Below are positions 16,499 through 19,616 of a DNA stretch of 19,616 nt, one piece after another; within the stretch, counting starts at the first letter, position 1, and every line of letters starts with the position of its first letter. The stretch comes from a candidate division WOR-3 bacterium. GTDB lineage: Bacteria; Hydrothermota; Hydrothermia; LBFQ01. The notes under the pieces were generated by a model. It ran no database searches and had not been told where the DNA came from. It saw only the letters and a program-made list of their open reading frames with translations. The stretch covers positions 1-19,616 of the forward strand of contig JBDRWW010000016.1 in NCBI GenBank assembly GCA_039802605.1. Direction: 5' to 3'. The position numbers and the translations under genes were made by a program.

Positions 16499-18061
16499 AT
16501 GAGACCTTTTAGACCAGAACCTTTAACGGATTTTTCAAAGGAAGAAAATGTTAAGGCTATAAAGGAAGCCTTGCAAAAAGCCAAAAGCCAATTCGGTAAA
16601 AGGTATCCCCTAATAATAGGTGGGAAGGAATACACAACTGACAAGGTTTTTAAATCCTATAACCCAGCACATAAGGATGAGGTTGTCGGGGAGTTTTATG
16701 AGGCGGGAGAGAAAGAAGCCGATCTTGCAATAGAGGAGGCTTGGAAGGCCTTTGAATTTTGGAGTAGGTTTCCAGCGGAAGAAAGGGCGGCTTTCTTATT
16801 TAAAGCCGCGGAGGTTTTGAGGCGTCGCAGGTTTGAATTAACGGCTTGGATGGTTTATGAAGTTGGTAAAAACTGGGTTGAAGCCGATGCGGATGTTGCC
16901 GAAGCTATAGATTACTTGGACTATTACGCCCACCAGATGTTAAAATTTGCGGGAAATCAGGAGTTATCCTACATTTATGGCGAGAACAACGAGTATTTTT
17001 ACATTCCCCTTGGCGTTGTTGTCGTAATACCCCCTTGGAACTTCCCGTTGGCCATACTCCTCGGAATGACAACCGCCGCGGTTGTAACCGGTAACACCGT
17101 TGTTCTAAAACCCGCTTCGGATTCTCCCATGATGGGATACCTCTTTATGGATATTATGAGGGAAGCAGGCCTCCCGGATGGTGTTATAAACTTTTTAACC
17201 GGGCCTGGTGGTTCCTTGGGAGGTTATCTCGTAAAACATCCAAAAACCCGTATGGTTGTCTTTACGGGCTCAATGGATGTTGGCACATGGATATATGAGG
17301 AGGCCGCCAAGATAAGACCGGGACAAAAATGGTTAAAAAGGGTTATAGCAGAAATGGGTGGAAAGGACGCGATAATAGTGGATAACGAAATTGACGAAAA
17401 GGATATACCCTTTATAGCAAACCAGATAGTCGTATCCGCCTATGGTTATCAGGGGCAGAAGTGTTCGGCCGCTTCAAGGTTAATAATAGTTGAGGATGTT
17501 TATGATAGAATTTTGGAGGCGGTAATAGAAGAGGCTAAGAAAATAGAGGTTGGAGACCCGGCGGAAAACAAGTTTATGGGTCCGGTAATAAACGAGGGTG
17601 CGGAAAAGAAAATCTTAAACTACATAGAGATAGGCAAAAACGAAGGCAAGTTGGTATTTGGGGGTGAAAAACTAAAAGGTGGTATATACGACGAGGGTTA
17701 TTACATACAACCAACAATCTTTAAAGATGTTCCACCAAACGCAAAAATAGCGCAAGAAGAAATATTCGGGCCGGTTTTATCCGTTATAAAGGCCAAGGAT
17801 TTTGATGATGCTTTGAGGATAGCAAACGATACGATTTACGGGCTTACGGGCTCAGTATTTACAAAGAACAGGGAAAAGATATACAAGGCTAAATGCGAGT
17901 TCCATGTGGGTAACCTTTACATAAACAGGAAATGCACGGGAGCCATAGTGGGCGTTCATCCATTCGGAGGCTTTAACATGTCCGGAACGGATGCAAAGGC
18001 CGGGGGTCCGGATTACCTGTTATACTTTATGCAGGGTAAAACCGTTTCCGAAAAGTTGTAA
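16499..18061 (+). CDS. pruA: L-glutamate gamma-semialdehyde (1-pyrroline-5-carboxylate) dehydrogenase, RocA/PruA type
   Basis: 'PFRPEPLTDF', 'EADADVAEAIDY', 'PWNFPLAI', 'FTGS', 'AEMGGKD', catalytic 'GQKCSA', 'EEIFGP' and 'NRKCTGAIVGVHPFGGFNMSGTDAKAGGPDYL'. Confidence 0.95.
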   Translation: MRPFRPEPLTDFSKEENVKAIKEALQKAKSQFGKRYPLIIGGKEYTTDKVFKSYNPAHKDEVVGEFYEAGEKEADLAIEEAWKAFEFWSRFPAEERAAFLFKAAEVLRRRRFELTAWMVYEVGKNWVEADADVAEAIDYLDYYAHQMLKFAGNQELSYIYGENNEYFYIPLGVVVVIPPWNFPLAILLGMTTAAVVTGNTVVLKPASDSPMMGYLFMDIMREAGLPDGVINFLTGPGGSLGGYLVKHPKTRMVVFTGSMDVGTWIYEEAAKIRPGQKWLKRVIAEMGGKDAIIVDNEIDEKDIPFIANQIVVSAYGYQGQKCSAASRLIIVEDVYDRILEAVIEEAKKIEVGDPAENKFMGPVINEGAEKKILNYIEIGKNEGKLVFGGEKLKGGIYDEGYYIQPTIFKDVPPNAKIAQEEIFGPVLSVIKAKDFDDALRIANDTIYGLTGSVFTKNREKIYKAKCEFHVGNLYINRKCTGAIVGVHPFGGFNMSGTDAKAGGPDYLLYFMQGKTVSEKL

Positions 18062-18096
18062 AACTCCTTAAATATAGCGGATGGTTTGGCATCCTT

Positions 18097-18102
18097 TATA
18101 AT
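18097..18102 (+). promoter_or_regulatory. Putative -10 box (TATAAT) for a leaderless transcript of the 18111 gene
   Basis: TATAAT-ACCATCTT-ATG(18111); no SD. Confidence 0.7.
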
Positions 18103-18110
18103 ACCATCTT

Positions 18111-19067
18111 ATGGTAGCGCTTTTTCTCTTTTCCGTTCAGGCGGAAGGGGATACCCTGAGAGGTTCAAAGGAAGAAGTGGTAAAGTATGTCCTCTCACAA
18201 GGGATTCTTGGTTGTGGGGTTTATCCAATCTTAGTAGGTGGTTGTGCGCTTTTTGCAACGGGGGATATGGCGAGTAGCCTATTGTATTCCAGTCTATCAT
18301 CGGCCGGTTATCTTCTTATAAGTGCAAGTTATGTAAAGAACCACGGCGTTAATAAACCCGTATCGGTTGCATCTTTTACGGGTGCATTAGATGGTTTAGT
18401 TTGGGGTTATTTGGTTTATGAAACGATTGAATTCTGGTCTTATCAACCAGCATACCAACTCCTTGGCGATGTCGTATATCCATATAATGCCAAAATGCTA
18501 ACCTTTATGGCCTTTGGTGCAACGGCGGGTAACCTTTTGGGTTTCCACTTGGCAAACGGTGGGAGTTCCGAGGGGGCTTATGTCTTAAAAACCTTTGCCG
18601 TATTCCATACACCTTATGCATATATGCAGGCAAAGAGGTTAATACTTGGGGATTACTTCTTTGAGGGTTCGGATATATATAACAAGGCTGATAGGGGTTT
18701 GAGGACGGACTTTACAGTTTCAACCGCCTTATCCCTTGTGGGTGGTGCTCTTGCGTATAATCTCACTAAGGATAAATACGAAATAACCGGAGGGGATGCC
18801 CTGTTTATGGGTTCAAACGCAATAAAGGGTGTCCTAATCCTTGAAACCCCAATACATCTGACTTATGCTCTGTCAACGGGTAGTTATAAGGGTTTTCCGA
18901 CATATTACCAAAACCCAACATATGACAGGTTAGCCGGATTGTCAAACCTTTTGGGTATGTGGTTGGGTTATTGGTTTTCCTATAAATTGGTAAAAAGAGT
19001 GGATTTAAATGTTTTTGAAGGTTTAATATACGCCATTATCCCCACCCTTCCATATACCACGGGGTAA
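18111..19067 (+). CDS. Hypothetical Gly/Ala-rich membrane protein with about 73-aa internal repeats
   Basis: 318-aa ORF with multiple hydrophobic helices and the same promoter motif as the recognisable genes; no family recognised. Confidence 0.75.
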   Translation: MVALFLFSVQAEGDTLRGSKEEVVKYVLSQGILGCGVYPILVGGCALFATGDMASSLLYSSLSSAGYLLISASYVKNHGVNKPVSVASFTGALDGLVWGYLVYETIEFWSYQPAYQLLGDVVYPYNAKMLTFMAFGATAGNLLGFHLANGGSSEGAYVLKTFAVFHTPYAYMQAKRLILGDYFFEGSDIYNKADRGLRTDFTVSTALSLVGGALAYNLTKDKYEITGGDALFMGSNAIKGVLILETPIHLTYALSTGSYKGFPTYYQNPTYDRLAGLSNLLGMWLGYWFSYKLVKRVDLNVFEGLIYAIIPTLPYTTG

Positions 19068-19163
19068 AGATTATTCAAAGGTTCAACCCTTTTATATACA
19101 AAATCCTGTTTCGCGGGTCATAGCTTATAAATAGTGCAAGGGGGTTATAGGTACTATCGCTTT

Positions 19164-19616
19164 TTACAAAGCCCATAACACCAAACTTATCCGTATTGTT
19201 ATGGTATCAGCCAAGCCCTTAACAACATAAACGCTATCATAACCAACGGGTGGTATATCCCCTATCATACCGGAAAACTTTTTAAAGTAAGCGTTGCCGA
19301 GGGAAACTATTTTCAAACTATCACCTAATTGTGTGATTTTGGCCAAGTGGAAAACATCATAATATTGGTAAATTATAGTATCGTTTCGTATTATCATTCC
19401 ATTCCAGAAGTGCGATACTATACCAAAGTTCAACCCTTTAAGGATTTCACCACCCTTATATACCCTTGCGGAAATATCATCGCATTCAAGAACGACGAGG
19501 GTGTCAATATCCGTATAATGTATTTGTATCCCATTGCCGTAATCCCTATATAAGTAATTGGGTAATTCCATAGAATCACTGGAAAAACGCTCACAAAAGA
19601 ATTTAAAGGAATCCAT
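19164..19616 (-). CDS. Hypothetical, probably exported beta-rich protein (likely 5'-truncated by the window; possibly frameshifted and extending to 19075)
   Basis: 150-codon ORF running to the window edge, with beta-strand-like composition; an alternative frame is open over 19206-19075. Confidence 0.6.
   Translation of the reverse strand: MDSFKFFCERFSSDSMELPNYLYRDYGNGIQIHYTDIDTLVVLECDDISARVYKGGEILKGLNFGIVSHFWNGMIIRNDTIIYQYYDVFHLAKITQLGDSLKIVSLGNAYFKKFSGMIGDIPPVGYDSVYVVKGLADTITIRISLVLWAL

Noticed and set aside
18079..18100. Intrinsic terminator after pruA
   Set aside because: Only a 5-bp stem and three Ts, too weak to call as a feature; kept only as a low-interest finding.
179..19553. Many short antisense or alternative-frame ORFs (for example 1604-2113, 3205-3618, 5118-5492, 8218-8598, 15934-16329)
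   Set aside because: They lie within well-supported genes, have the Ser/Pro/Phe-rich composition of shadow ORFs and show no recognisable motifs.
1..19616. Alternative genetic code or selenocysteine readthrough
   Set aside because: The conserved genes look full length under code 11; TAA and TGA end them at the expected positions, and TAG ends the first gene.

Overview
Densely packed bacterial chromosomal segment with 17 CDSs, many with overlapping start/stop codons. I see no rRNA, tRNA, CRISPR array, transposase or phage genes. Frequent AGG(Arg)/ATA(Ile) codons, Lys/Glu-rich proteins and a T9SS/FlgD-like C-terminal domain suggest a thermophile related to the FCB group, possibly WOR-3-like (inference only). 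Gene content: a 5'-truncated SBBP-repeat surface protein; a minus-strand acs / amidohydrolase / ftsI-like PBP unit; an endonuclease III-like / lepA / vWA membrane protein / GT4 unit; an S9 peptidase / pgpA unit; korB / sugar ABC permease / radC / hslO; pruA (rocA); and two hypothetical proteins. Most genes are housekeeping. The notable signals are: (1) -10 boxes 6-9 nt before the start codon of nearly every unit-leading gene, three matching TATAATACCNNCYT-RTG, implying leaderless mRNAs; (2) enrichment of the Bacteroidota O-glycosylation sequon D-(S/T)-hydrophobic in exported proteins; (3) a 192-bp tandem repeat with mostly non-synonymous divergence; (4) scrambled operons with orphan subunits; (5) a degenerate endonuclease III active site; (6) a probable frameshift in the last gene. 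I did not find a clear new multi-gene system.
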